Part shown: in pieces, positions 46,565-57,586 of the stretch | How positions within the stretch are numbered: the first letter of the stretch is position 1 | Layout of the letters: each line of letters opens with the position of its first letter | Source: a virus | Reading direction: 5' to 3' (one strand) | Length of the DNA stretch: 64,000 bases | IMG/VR virus record: IMGVR_UViG_3300008113_000144 | Location: 1-64,000 of that record | The notes under the pieces: generated by a model | Database searches by the model: none | Seen by the model: the letters and a program-made list of their open reading frames with translations, nothing else | Told to the model about the DNA's origin: nothing | Position numbers and translations under genes: made by a program

Positions 46565-46635
46565 GTCGAGGTTTTCTTTGGTACGAAGTTATTATGGCAC
46601 GACCACAGGTGCCTGTCAAGGGCAGTGTGCCAGTT

Positions 46636-48381
46636 TCAGGACAGTAACAGGTGAGGTGCCGAATCGAACGCTGCTCGTGGTACACCTTTTACTTCTGCTG
46701 TGATGGCACTCTTAATTGTAGTTAAATTATTGTCATAATCAAAAATCTTATATCCTTTCTTACTAATTACTCCGTAAATAGTCAAGAACATTCTTTGTTT
46801 TAAGTAGGTTTGGAAACTCTTACCACCAATGAAAGCAAACCATGCTAACTGAGCATGAACATAGTGTGCCTCAATTCTAGCATCAGTTTCTTGTGAAGTT
46901 GCTGGTCTTGTAATTTGTATCTTATCTTTATCTTTCGCTGTTTTCTTATTTGGATTTGGTATCATGTCTTTCATAGTAAAACTAGCATACCTATCCGAAA
47001 TCTTAATAGATGGGCTTACTTGTTTTCTCACTAGATTAATAAGAGCAACTTGATATGCCGTAGCAGTATTAACTCTGCCAGTTTCTTCATCAAATGCTTT
47101 GAAGAAATCCATTAAGTTTTTGGATTGTTTAACTGTGGATAGAATCTTCTTAGTTAAAAGATCTTGTGTTGCTTTCCTATGTAGATTCTTCAATTTTGTT
47201 GAAAAACTACGTGTATCAATTGAACCAGAGGTCTCCTTACCAGTTAAAACATAATTAAATGCTTTTGCCCTCATGTGTACTAATTTTTGTATCACAGTTG
47301 AGTATTCTCTATACTGCTCGTAGAAATGTTCAAATGTAGACACACCACCGCCACCAGTCCAAGGTGGTCCTTGATGACCCTCAGCAACAAATCCATTCCA
47401 TCCAGCACCATAACCTTGAGCAAGGAATATGATTTTATAATTCATATCGCTGAGTGGTTCTATATCTCTACCAAATACTTTTTGTGCTGCTACTCTATAT
47501 CTAAATGTAACTGGCAGTTCCCATGTTAATACAGATGGCGATACTTTAAATTGACCATATTCAATCTTAATCAAATTTTCAATTAATGATTTTAATTGTC
47601 CTGGGTTAGCAGTATATGCTAAAGTCATGAACTTAGTATATGGGTCAATATAATCAGAAACTTCTTTTCTTACATTTTGTGTACCAATGATGTTAATATA
47701 TTTCTTCTGTTCTACTGTTCCTGGTAATTTTAATGATACGGCAACCAATGATCTAGTATTTGACTTGGAAGCAAAATGACGATTTAAAATAGTTCTATAT
47801 GTGTGGCGATTCAAACAATAATTTGAAAGTATTGTAGCATCATCAGCATTAACAATATGTTGATTAATTTCAGATAATATCTGCTGTTTTTTCTGTTTGT
47901 GTACAATGAATACATCAAAACTTGCTAACATATCAAGTCTAAATGTTAGCCCAAACACTTGTTTAATTTTATTCAATGCTTCATCTTTTACCGTGGTGGT
48001 AAATTTATCTGTTTGATCTAAAAACTCATATACTTCCCAATTTTGACCAACCACTTTTGAATTATACAGACTCAATGCCACATCATATACTTTTTGTATT
48101 GTTGTGTGAGCAGTGATAGTATCTTTCTTTGGATTGTATTTTGATTTGAAATCATTTATTGTTCTTCTAAAAGGAAATCCATTACCTAAATGATTTCTAT
48201 ATTTAATTAATCGTGGTCTTTCTACGCCAGACTCTTGTTGATCTTTTGCCGAAAGAAAGATGTCATAAAATGCTTGTTTATGTTGTTCTGCTTCATTAGT
48301 ATTATAAGGAATCACAGCAAAATGAGCAAATGCTAAACACTGAGCGAACTCTTTAGTATTTCCCGTGTTTCCTTTTGCCAT
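46636..48381 (-). CDS. 581-aa hypothetical protein, possible PD-(D/E)xK nuclease-like
   Basis: Long AT-rich ORF; N-terminal E, then SFDVFIV...LVAVSLK; CTAAATA at 48399-48405. Confidence 0.6.
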   Translation of the reverse strand: MAKGNTGNTKEFAQCLAFAHFAVIPYNTNEAEQHKQAFYDIFLSAKDQQESGVERPRLIKYRNHLGNGFPFRRTINDFKSKYNPKKDTITAHTTIQKVYDVALSLYNSKVVGQNWEVYEFLDQTDKFTTTVKDEALNKIKQVFGLTFRLDMLASFDVFIVHKQKKQQILSEINQHIVNADDATILSNYCLNRHTYRTILNRHFASKSNTRSLVAVSLKLPGTVEQKKYINIIGTQNVRKEVSDYIDPYTKFMTLAYTANPGQLKSLIENLIKIEYGQFKVSPSVLTWELPVTFRYRVAAQKVFGRDIEPLSDMNYKIIFLAQGYGAGWNGFVAEGHQGPPWTGGGGVSTFEHFYEQYREYSTVIQKLVHMRAKAFNYVLTGKETSGSIDTRSFSTKLKNLHRKATQDLLTKKILSTVKQSKNLMDFFKAFDEETGRVNTATAYQVALINLVRKQVSPSIKISDRYASFTMKDMIPNPNKKTAKDKDKIQITRPATSQETDARIEAHYVHAQLAWFAFIGGKSFQTYLKQRMFLTIYGVISKKGYKIFDYDNNLTTIKSAITAEVKGVPRAAFDSAPHLLLS

Positions 48382-48716
48382 GAGAATAGTTTTTTAACTA
48401 TTTAGATTTACGTTTTGGTTTCTTCTGTTTTTCTCTATGTTTCTTCAACGCTTCGATGGCTTCCTCATCAGTCTTGTGATCACTGAGTTGAAAGCCATTA
48501 TATATCAAAACAAAACGGTCCCCCCAGGGGACCGTAGCATATCCATCTTTGGTTATCATTTTAGATGTTCTCTACAATATACAAATCTATTCCATTCTTC
48601 ATCACTGAAATTATCACTGGCATAAGGAATGCCAACCACATAAGCACAAAACCGATTAATTTGTTCTGATTTATCCATGGGGGTAGCAGCAATCACAGAT
48701 GCCATTAGAATTTCAA

Positions 48717-49124
48717 TCATTTGTTCATTTGGAGAGTAGGGACGGGCATTCCACCTTCGGTGGGCACATAGATGGTCACATTACCATTCTTGCTACCATC
48801 TTCAAGACCAGTAATGTACAGGTATTGGAGATACTCACGGTTGTCCTTCAGGCTATCACCGATGATTTGGTTTGCCTTGGCAACACCAGTAGCACGGATG
48901 ATCTCAGCATCAGCAAGTTGTTGTGCCGAATCTTTTTTTGCCTGTGCTTCCAGCACAGCCACCTGTCGGGTGTATTCTGCTTTCTGAAGCTCTGCTTTAC
49001 CAGCAAGAGATTGCTGCCACACATTGTATTGTGGACCACCAATGAAGATGAGACCACCAAGCACAATCACACCACCAATAACAAAAACAGCAACAGGGTC
49101 AATATATCCATTTTGTTGTTTCAT
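48717..49124 (-). CDS. Membrane-anchored prohibitin/SPFH coiled-coil-like protein
   Basis: TM helix, then AEAxxxRAxGxAKANQIIGDSL-type coil and YLQYLYI. Confidence 0.7.
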   Translation of the reverse strand: MKQQNGYIDPVAVFVIGGVIVLGGLIFIGGPQYNVWQQSLAGKAELQKAEYTRQVAVLEAQAKKDSAQQLADAEIIRATGVAKANQIIGDSLKDNREYLQYLYITGLEDGSKNGNVTIYVPTEGGMPVPTLQMNK

Positions 49125-49200
49125 TTTTTTACCTCTTTGTAAATTTTCATAGCAAGGTCCATTACACAATAGCCAAAGGCAAATCCTGCCATAATTTCAA

Positions 49201-49476
49201 TCATAGTGCTGCTACCTCTTCCATGATAATTTCTACATCCTGTTCATCACGATGACCAAGCACATCCTCAGTCACAGGAGTATCATAGCACAGCTCAAAG
49301 TCATCTTCATTACCTTTGATGACTGCTACTTCATACAGTCCCGAAGTATAACCATATGAACCAGGGAAGCGAACAACACTCACACCATAACCATTAGGAA
49401 AGAAGTGTTTTGCTTGTACCCCATCATCTTTGTAGTGAGGATGGGGTTGAAAGTCAAGATCAGTAAATTTCGTCAT
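49201..49476 (-). CDS. Conserved phage hypothetical protein
   Basis: FPNGYGVSVV...SYG...GLYEVAVI...YDTPVTEDVLG. Confidence 0.8.
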   Translation of the reverse strand: MTKFTDLDFQPHPHYKDDGVQAKHFFPNGYGVSVVRFPGSYGYTSGLYEVAVIKGNEDDFELCYDTPVTEDVLGHRDEQDVEIIMEEVAAL

Positions 49477-49820
49477 CAGAAAGGAATTTCCTCCAGGGTG
49501 GGCACAGCAGACATTGTAGCACAGGCAGGATGCTCTTCAGTCACGGTGTCACCAGTGATAACATCAAGAATGTTCAGAATCTCTTGACCGTTGGCACCCT
49601 TACGGAGCATGGAAATCAGAAGTTGCTTGCTCATGGTAATAAAATGATAAGGTTTACAGAATCACTCTTCAGGGAAGAGTTTCCAGATGTCAGGGCGAAT
49701 GCCCAATTCCTCACAACGAACCTCATAGGCGATTCGCTGGAGGAGGCGAAGGTCCATGCCCTCGACCTCCTTGATTATAGCACGACGGATCTGGGCGTCT
49801 TGGGCAGTGTCAGTAACCAT
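49476..49820 (-). CDS. Two small early proteins (49476-49634, 49662-49820)
   Basis: MSKQLLISMLRKG...; MVTDTAQDAQIRR...; translated by hand. Confidence 0.6.
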
Positions 49821-49892
49821 TGTGGTTCCGTTGTTGACTCACTCATTATAGGGGTGGAACCACCCCGTTGTGGGGTGGTCTTGTGTCAGTTG

Positions 49893-50357
49893 TCAGGCTG
49901 TCACAACCTCGGGCATCGGCAGCTCGTGGGTGTTGCCACTACCCCAGCCGATCCTGTAGGCTCGCCACTTGCCTTCGGTGGTGTACAGGTAAGCAAACTC
50001 CTCGCCAGTGTTGCCACTGGTGAACTCTTCAAAGTCACCGTGAGTGATCTCCAGTTCTTCGCCACGCTCAGTGTGGTAGAGGGGCTGGGGAGCACGAGTG
50101 GGAGAATACACCCAGTTGCCGTCCATGTCACGAGCGATGTCTCCATCCTCAGTACGAACCACAGACGTGATCCACAGATGGGTGGTCCGAAGCGAAGACA
50201 TGCTACCGCCGTCGATCAGCTGACGGACAGCTTCACGATCTTGGTAGTGCTCAGCAAGAATACGACCGTTGTGCTCCAGGTAGCCATCATAGTGGCAGTA
50301 AACACTGATAATGCTGTTGTCAGGCAGTTGGTAGCCGATCCGAGAGCGAGTGCCCAT
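49893..50357 (-). CDS. Conserved phage early protein (MGTRSRIG...YCHYDGY family)
   Basis: GGAGGA RBS, strong promoter, EFAYLY motif. Confidence 0.85.
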   Translation of the reverse strand: MGTRSRIGYQLPDNSIISVYCHYDGYLEHNGRILAEHYQDREAVRQLIDGGSMSSLRTTHLWITSVVRTEDGDIARDMDGNWVYSPTRAPQPLYHTERGEELEITHGDFEEFTSGNTGEEFAYLYTTEGKWRAYRIGWGSGNTHELPMPEVVTA

Positions 50358-50383
50358 GTGGTCCTCCGTTGTTGACCCTCTTA

Positions 50384-50440
50384 ATATAGGGCAAAAGAAA
50401 GGGGGCGTCAAGCCCCCTGTGCCACTCTGTCAGCTGTCAC
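50384..50440 (-). promoter_or_regulatory. Early promoter with palindrome and overlapping terminator hairpin
   Basis: GTGACA-N10-TGGCAC, then GGGGGCTTGACGCCCCC-TTTCTTTT containing the -35, then TATATT. Confidence 0.8.
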
Positions 50441-50598
50441 ACACCATGTTCTCTCATGCTTCTCACAAGATATGCTGTAAATTGTTCCATTTTTTCTGGC
50501 GATACTGATTGTGGACAATAATGAATAGCATTCCTTAGAGCAATCATTTCATTGTATTCTTCCTGGTTAAGCTCTTCTTTTTTGTTGGAATAGGTCAT
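50437..50598 (-). CDS. Small hypothetical protein (53 aa)
   Basis: MTYSNKKEELNQEEYNEMIALRNAI...; stop lies inside the next promoter palindrome. Confidence 0.7.
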   Translation of the reverse strand: MTYSNKKEELNQEEYNEMIALRNAIHYCPQSVSPEKMEQFTAYLVRSMREHGV

Positions 50599-50686
50599 GG
50601 TGTGTCAGCATTTCAACACATTATACTGGTATTTAACCATGAAACACCAGTTCTTAATGTTATGTTTATATTTGTGTGTAGTAATG

Positions 50687-50908
50687 TTACTGAGAGAATG
50701 GTCCCCAACTACCTTTATCACCACTCATACGTTGCTCAAGCTTATCAATCAACTCATCAATTTTCATGAGCTGATCAATATCACCAATCATTGCTGAGAT
50801 AGTTTTACACACAAGTGGGCGCTCTTGGCGAGCAGCATATGCTAAAGCATTACGAAGCGATGCTTCTGCTTCTTTCAGACTAGATTCAACGGATTCGGAC
50901 AGTGCCAT
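50687..50908 (-). CDS. Conserved cyanophage hypothetical protein
   Basis: MALSESVESSLKEAEASLRNALAYAARQERP. Confidence 0.8.
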   Translation of the reverse strand: MALSESVESSLKEAEASLRNALAYAARQERPLVCKTISAMIGDIDQLMKIDELIDKLEQRMSGDKGSWGPFSQ

Positions 50909-50909
50909 A

Positions 50910-51164
50910 TTAAAAAAACCAAATTTGAATAAGTTTAATAGCTTCCACAATAGCAAAGAATGCTCGGATTGTCAATATATCCCACATCCTCATCTTTTGG
51001 AAATGAGGCCATGATAATACATTGCCAACCATACGACAATAGATACCAACTTCAACACTGGTAAAAAGAATGACAATGTAGCCAACAACAAACATCATGT
51101 TGCCAACTACTCTCATCCAACTGAGAATTGGATACTTGGGATCTATGAATTTATATTCTGTCAT
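50910..51164 (-). CDS. Small multi-TM membrane protein (paralog of 43897-44118)
   Basis: Hydrophobic; N..SWPHF..MRMWDIL. Confidence 0.7.
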   Translation of the reverse strand: MTEYKFIDPKYPILSWMRVVGNMMFVVGYIVILFTSVEVGIYCRMVGNVLSWPHFQKMRMWDILTIRAFFAIVEAIKLIQIWFF

Positions 51165-51436
51165 GCCATAGTATCATAATGTTTGATGAGAACATCAATT
51201 AATTCTTTAGTTTTTGATTTATCAAAAAGAACTTCAGCAAATGCTCCACAACCATACTTGGATCGTTTACCAAGAATATACATGAAGGCATATTTGATTC
51301 TATTCAACAACCCAGTGTCTGAAAGGTGAATTTGAAACCAAATGCTATCATTCAACAAAGGATCTGAGTCATAAGAAATGATCATTTGATGACTTACATC
51401 ACCACACTGACAAACAAAAAGATCGTTACTTTCCAT
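51161..51436 (-). CDS. Hypothetical protein (CxC...H)
   Basis: FVCQCGDVSH...RIKYAFMYILG. Confidence 0.7.
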   Translation of the reverse strand: MESNDLFVCQCGDVSHQMIISYDSDPLLNDSIWFQIHLSDTGLLNRIKYAFMYILGKRSKYGCGAFAEVLFDKSKTKELIDVLIKHYDTMA

Positions 51437-51698
51437 GATTGTTGATAGTAGTTTGCCAGAATGTACTGGTCATTTGGGTAGATCCTGCCATACGAGCAAC
51501 AACTTGACCATTAATCAATGCTACCAGGGTAGGAGTCGCTTCAACGCCACAATCTTTAGCAAATTGAGACCATTCGCCGTCAACTTTAGCAGGAGTAATG
51601 TTTACCACATTATCCCACCCGTCAACTTTCTTCAGTTGTGTTTCAGCATACAAACAAGGGCGGCATCCCTCTTGAACAAATAAATGAATTTCTTTCAT
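51426..51698 (-). CDS. Thioredoxin/glutaredoxin-like protein
   Basis: CRPC active site; GVEATPTL cis-Pro loop. Confidence 0.85.
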   Translation of the reverse strand: MKEIHLFVQEGCRPCLYAETQLKKVDGWDNVVNITPAKVDGEWSQFAKDCGVEATPTLVALINGQVVARMAGSTQMTSTFWQTTINNHGK

Positions 51699-52379
51699 GA
51701 TAGCATTTCTTTAATGGACATTGCTTGGAGTTCCTCATCAGTATATTGTGGATTCTCAGGATTTTCAAGACGAGAGAGTTTTGCTCTCACATCTTCAAGT
51801 TCTTTTCCCGCTTGAATAGAATACCCCCAAGCACGTTGAAATTTAATGTCGTGCTCATCAAGATAGCCCTTGACATAATCACCAAGAACAAATAGCATAG
51901 ATTCTGCTTTTTTGTACTCACGATTATCAAGTTCCTCTTGAACAAAACCAATCATTTCTTTGATATAACCCAGTTTTGATGTGATCATATCAAGTTCATT
52001 CATTGAATTCCAGACATCATCGTAGCTGGTCATGGGGTCTCCGTTGGGACGATGGGTGTATTATAGGTCTGTTGCTCCAGCCTGTCAAGTCTGTTAAGGA
52101 TCTCGTATATGGTATTATCAGTCTCAACCAGTTCGGTTTTGAGATAATTAACTTCATATTCAAGATCACGAATCTTATCATTTAAAGACTCATATTCAAA
52201 ACTATAATCACTCATAAAATACCCACCTCTTTTAAATAACGACGATATGCTAAAAATCTACCCATTTTGGGTTGACCAGGGACATTCAGTTGATGACAAA
52301 TTTCACAATAACACAACCAATCATACCATGGTGTGCTAGGATCTAATTCGTGATACTTTATTTCTGATTGCTTCGACAT
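51695..52379 (-). CDS. Three small hypothetical proteins (51695-52033, 52030-52215, 52212-52379)
   Basis: ATGA-coupled ORFs; the last has WLCYCEIC. Confidence 0.65.
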
Positions 52380-53754
52380 AATCTAAATGATGTATTGTGT
52401 CTGTTTTGTATTCTGGTTGTTTAAATGGCAGCACAGTTGATGAAGTATTCCAAGTGTGATCTTTGGCAGCTATTGTGTGCATAAACATAATATAATCATC
52501 ATGATCCATATAATAATCTCCAAGGAGATTTATAATATGTTCTTGGTAATCATATTTTATGTTTTTATGATCTATCCAAAAACGAGTATCATCTCGTTGA
52601 CACGTTTTATATTGAGTTAAAATGAATGCTGCCCAAAATTTGTATCTACTTTCAATTCTATCATTAATAACTTGTCTCAAACTATTTACAACATTTTTAT
52701 CTGGAATATCTTTCCATTGTTGTAAAATAGGTTTTAAATGATTAATGACATCAATTGTTAATGTTAGACCAGGAGCATCTAGTGGTTCTAGAAATCCATT
52801 AGCCAAACCCAGAGTACAGTAATTTTCATGATATGTTTTTTTATTATATCGAGGATAAAAATTGACAAGCCTTGGTTCTATATCTACACCAACGTCATTA
52901 ATAAATTCTTGCCTAGCTCTATCTTCACTGATATAGTTGGAGCTGAATGTATATCCTGTACCAATTCTTGAATAAGTTGGCGTTATCCATCTCCATCCAT
53001 ACTTCATAGTTTTTGCTACTGTGTATGGATGAAATTGATTTCTTTTATCAGTATATTCTAGTGGATATACAAAAGCTTTATTTGTTAACAATACATCAGA
53101 CAAATCTACATATTCTTCATTCAGAATATCATTGTAACCAGTGGCAACAATATAGTAATCTGCTGTGATTACAGTACCTTTATCAGTAATAAGTCTTTCG
53201 ATCTTATCATCTATTTTTTCTACTTTATCAATAGTTTCTGCTAGTGTAGAAACATGTTTATGTTTTTTACAGTGCTTAGAAATAAACTCAATATATTTGC
53301 CAGCATCAAAATGCCATGATTTTGGGTAAAAGAAATCTGATTTGAATACCTGATTATCTTTTATAGCATCGTTCAAGTTACAAGCAATTAGATCATTTAT
53401 AGAAACATCCTTTGGCTTGTTTGCCAAAAGCCTATAAAACATGGTCGTATGAATGCTCATAGCATTCGATGATCTATTATTTTTAAAATTGTGAATAAAA
53501 TTATTTTTAGACCAATTCTTATAATAGACACCATATTTTATAGCGGCATCTGATTCAGTGACAAAAATATCCTGATTTATTCCAACTTCTTGGTGGAAAT
53601 CATTTAACTTAATTGTATTAGATTCTCCAACACCAATACTAGGAATGTGTGGAGAACCTACAATTACAATTTCTTTAAAAAACTCTTTTTTCATCGCCAT
53701 GGCAGCACAAGCCATCCAGCCTGCTGCCCCAGTTCCAACAATACAGAGTTTCAT
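52336..53754 (-). CDS. Flavin-dependent (tryptophan-halogenase family) halogenase
   Basis: IVGTGAAGW, IGVGES, DAAIKYGV (catalytic Lys position), WHFDA, GWRWITP, GFLEPL. Confidence 0.9.
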   Translation of the reverse strand: MKLCIVGTGAAGWMACAAMAMKKEFFKEIVIVGSPHIPSIGVGESNTIKLNDFHQEVGINQDIFVTESDAAIKYGVYYKNWSKNNFIHNFKNNRSSNAMSIHTTMFYRLLANKPKDVSINDLIACNLNDAIKDNQVFKSDFFYPKSWHFDAGKYIEFISKHCKKHKHVSTLAETIDKVEKIDDKIERLITDKGTVITADYYIVATGYNDILNEEYVDLSDVLLTNKAFVYPLEYTDKRNQFHPYTVAKTMKYGWRWITPTYSRIGTGYTFSSNYISEDRARQEFINDVGVDIEPRLVNFYPRYNKKTYHENYCTLGLANGFLEPLDAPGLTLTIDVINHLKPILQQWKDIPDKNVVNSLRQVINDRIESRYKFWAAFILTQYKTCQRDDTRFWIDHKNIKYDYQEHIINLLGDYYMDHDDYIMFMHTIAAKDHTWNTSSTVLPFKQPEYKTDTIHHLDYVEAIRNKVSRIRS

Positions 53755-55776
53755 AGTTTTCCACCAACAGTCCCTTCATGTGTTTTTGTTTCTGGAAATC
53801 CTTCTTGTAGACATTTAAGATACCAACGTGTAGCTGATACACATTGCTCTCTAGTCCCTGAAGTAATTACACATTTTCCATCTTTTGTGTAAGAATCCCA
53901 AGTTCCGTACTTTTTTTGTTCCACACGAAATGTGTCGTCAATCCAGTCAACTTCAGCGATTTCAGGATGCTCATTCATTCAAATTCTCCTGTGTAGTTTT
54001 TGATTTTTCCTGAGCGATATACGCCCTCAATTCGGGTGTCTCTGTCCACTCCCAGATTGTGCCATCCTTCTGGGTATAAGATTTCGGAATTGTTTGGAGT
54101 TTCATAAATTTCTACCTCAACTTTAATTTCTTTATCATTCCAGTGTCTCACCACCCCCGCCACAATGAAGACGTTGGTGATGAGATATGTAGCAAAGATA
54201 ATCGTTCTAACGATTGCTACTCGGTCTGCCACGTCGTCTTTTTTGTGTGCCTTCTCGCCCAGTGCTAGTGCCCACAGATGCCACAGTTTTTTCATTTGGT
54301 TCAAAGAATTGTTCAAGAGAAGAGAATAGTTCCTGTTTGGGTTTCCTGCCACGCTTCTTAGGAGTTTCTACAGGATCCTCCTTGTCCACAACAGGAAGTG
54401 GCACAGCAAGTTCTGGATCTTGATAATGGATGGTAGCATCCTTTGCCTTGATTTTGTAGCGAGTCAGATGCTTGTCGAGATGATTCTGGCATTGAAACCA
54501 GCAGATTTTATGCTCCTTCCCGTCCTGATACTCCAGACGAATCGGAAACCCAGTGTGAGGGAACAGGTCTTGGTCTTGTTTCATAATGTTGTAGTTTGCC
54601 GTTGAGGAACGTGAGAGCACACTCTGGCCAGTCTTCCCACCGACCATCGTATTTCTGTGGATATACTACCACAGTTTTGGACAACTGGCAAGCTTTGACC
54701 CTGCCGTGGTTGCCGTTGAGAATGTATTCTAATCCCAATAGGTTTTCATCAGAATCTACAATGTCAAAGATGTCTTCATCTTCAATGACCCACAACCTAC
54801 CAGATGGATCTAGCCAATAAAAATCCAAAAATCCTCTGTATTTGTCATTAAATGTCTTGGATTGACATACAGCTTCAGTAAACTGTTCTCCTAGATCATA
54901 AGATGATCTAAACCAATCAAACATGCCCATGACATTAAGTTGTAGTAATGTTAAAGTTAAAACTATCTATGAATGTTTCCCATCCTTGATCAGTTGCTTT
55001 TTCATGCTCATAGACAAATTTATATCCACTTTCATTCATCAGTCCTACTTCAATCTCAGCTTTAATAAGTGTCCGAAGAATTTCTATTTGTTCTTTAGTC
55101 ATCCCAGTTTCCTCCTAATTTTATCAAGACAATCATTCCATCCTTCTACCAGTTCTTCAACACCAACAGATTGAGAACCTTCGGCAGATTGATAACTGGG
55201 CATCCATTTCCAAATCCTTTCAACAAGATCTTTAATACATGTGTCAGAATCTCCATCAACTCCAGTTGTGAAGATGTCACTCCACCAATCTTCAATCACA
55301 TCATATAGAGTAGGACCAAAGGTAAACTTGAGTGATCCTTGTGGATTGGCAGAGATGTCAGCAGCAAACATCTTCTCAAGCAATCGGAATGTTTCTGGAT
55401 CATCTATACGAGTGAGTTGATCACCTTTATCATTTTCACGCCACCACTTCACCCAATCATCACTATGTCTATACTTCATACGATAGTATTTGACGGTATT
55501 ATAATCAACACAATACACGCTACCATCTTTGAGGAGATCCATTTTACGAATAGGTGTTTTCTCAATCTCTTCAAGTAGTGCTACTTTCTTTTCAAGAATT
55601 TTAAGTTGTGCTTTCAGGTCTTCAAGTTCAGTCATAGGAGTTTCGTATTGTACTGGTTCAGATAGAGGAGACATAGGACACTTATTTGGATCAATACATG
55701 TACTGTTAATTGAGTTTGTTTTCAGATAGTTTGGAGCATAACACCATCCACAATCCCAGTATTTACAAACAGTCAT
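53751..55776 (-). CDS. Run of hypothetical proteins (53751-53978, 53975-~54295, 54207-~54584, 54508-~54930 MGMFD-type, 55099-55776)
   Basis: Overlapping minus-strand ORFs with phage-like composition. Confidence 0.6.
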
Positions 55777-56846
55777 CGGTCTTTGTGCTTCAGAAGATAC
55801 GAGTTAGCAATCGCCTTGAAAGTGAAATTACTCTCCCACGACTTGAATACTAGACCCTCACGCTTAGTTTGAGGATTCAGCGATGGACCTTCAGCATATT
55901 CTAGCAGATCATCAATGGTATCGTATGCTTGAGCAACACGAAGGTCTCCATCAATGATAGGCACATGCTCAATGTCAGCACCCATTTCATCTAGCATTTC
56001 AAGAACAGTGTATCGTTCATCTGGTTTCAGATAGTATCCATGAGTGATACTATAGATGTCAAACAAATAGAAGCGTTGACCTTTGAGTTTCTCAGGATTA
56101 CCCTGAATACCTTCACCAATCAGTTCACCCTGAATAGCATACTCTTCACCATGTTTGATGCTAAGTTGAAGCAAAGCATCAACAATACCTTGCTCCCGTG
56201 CTGCTTTCCAGAAACTATTGCCCTCAGTTTCAATCAGATCAATATTACGAGAGCACACACCAATTTCACCATTCTTGACATACACAGTCATACTGCTACC
56301 ATCAAGTTTGGTAGTTACTTCATAGATCTCATCTTTGTGGGTCTCAAAGATTTCTTTACGAAGGTTCTGACAACGTTCTTGGTCAGTTTTAGGAATGAAG
56401 TGAGGAAAGTTACCCTTCATCGTACCTTGAAGTTGAGCAGGAATAGGTGGTTCCCACTTCTGAATACCAAGATATTCAGTAATATCTGTGCCGATAGTAA
56501 ATCCTTCTTCACCAACAGTCCAGGGGCGATTTTCTGGACCCCAAGTGCTAAGAGGAAGCAGAAGTCCCTGTGAGATTTGCCCACGAAGTTTCACAGTTTT
56601 CAGACGTTCACCCTTCACACCATTATATTCACGGGGTTCTTGACCTTTACTCAGAAAGGGAGCAAGTTCGTGAGGCACCCAACTATCAATCTCAAGATAG
56701 ATGGCAACATCACCAACTTGATATTCACCTTTCTTGACCACTACAGGCCAACCACCATTCACGATGGCACATTCAATAGCATCAGCACCTTCAATCGGTT
56801 TGATGTAAGTGATTTCAGCGATACTAGCGAGTTTACGAATAGTCAT
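55773..56846 (-). CDS. RNA ligase, DRB0094/Rnl5 family
   Basis: N-terminal RKLASI...PIEGADAIE OB-like domain; FPHFIPKTDQER; motif I KLDGSS; QGELIG; FYLFDI; REGLVFK; FKAI. Confidence 0.9.
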   Translation of the reverse strand: MTIRKLASIAEITYIKPIEGADAIECAIVNGGWPVVVKKGEYQVGDVAIYLEIDSWVPHELAPFLSKGQEPREYNGVKGERLKTVKLRGQISQGLLLPLSTWGPENRPWTVGEEGFTIGTDITEYLGIQKWEPPIPAQLQGTMKGNFPHFIPKTDQERCQNLRKEIFETHKDEIYEVTTKLDGSSMTVYVKNGEIGVCSRNIDLIETEGNSFWKAAREQGIVDALLQLSIKHGEEYAIQGELIGEGIQGNPEKLKGQRFYLFDIYSITHGYYLKPDERYTVLEMLDEMGADIEHVPIIDGDLRVAQAYDTIDDLLEYAEGPSLNPQTKREGLVFKSWESNFTFKAIANSYLLKHKDR

Positions 56847-57365
56847 TACAGGTCTTCTCCAGCAAGTTGTTCCCAAGCGTATTGTTCACGCTCCCTCAAT
56901 GATTCAATAGAACCTTTAGCAACCTCAGGCCATTCTTCTTTAGAGTTCTGCCACCAATCTTTGTAATCTTCTGGCATTACAGAAGATAGTTCGTCATCAT
57001 AACGTTGAAGACGATCAAGTTCTGATTTGATAATCAGCAAGTTGTCGTAGTTTTCTTTATTAATATCATATTCTTCTTCCATCCAAGAAGGGTCACTATC
57101 TTCCTGATTCAATTCTTCACGAATCTCCCACGAAAGAGATTCCATGTCACCTGCTGTTTGTTGAAGGAAGTAATCAATCGTGTCAAATAAAGTCATGATC
57201 GTCAAAAGTAAAGTAATCAGTAATGGCAGACATTACAGCGTCATTGATTCGATCAATGATCACATGCTCTTCTGGATTCTCTACATGTTTGTGGGCAAGA
57301 CGCCAACCACGTTGAACACCTTGCTCAATTGCCATTTCAAGAATAACATGGAACTTAGGTTTCAT
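56846..57365 (-). CDS. Two hypothetical proteins (56846-~57196, 57183-57365)
   Basis: Coupled ORFs. Confidence 0.65.
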
Positions 57366-57565
57366 TTAAAAGCACCACCAATGATAGCAAAAATCAGAAT
57401 AACAGCAACAATAGCAAGAAAAATTAGAGCACTAATCCACAAAGGAGACAGCACCCACACCCAAGGCCAAGTGATGTTACCAGTGAGTTTCAGACCAATA
57501 AACAAAATGGTAAGCAAACCAGTGAAACCAATGCCACTGGAAGAGGAAGAAGAGTTGCTAGACAT
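57362..57565 (-). CDS. Small two-TM protein (Fragile-X-F/Tmemb_185A-like motif)
   Basis: GIGFTGLLTILFIGLKLTGNITWPWVWVLSPLW. Confidence 0.8.
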   Translation of the reverse strand: MSSNSSSSSSGIGFTGLLTILFIGLKLTGNITWPWVWVLSPLWISALIFLAIVAVILIFAIIGGAFK

Positions 57566-57586
57566 GTGTTTTATTTGAACTGAAGT

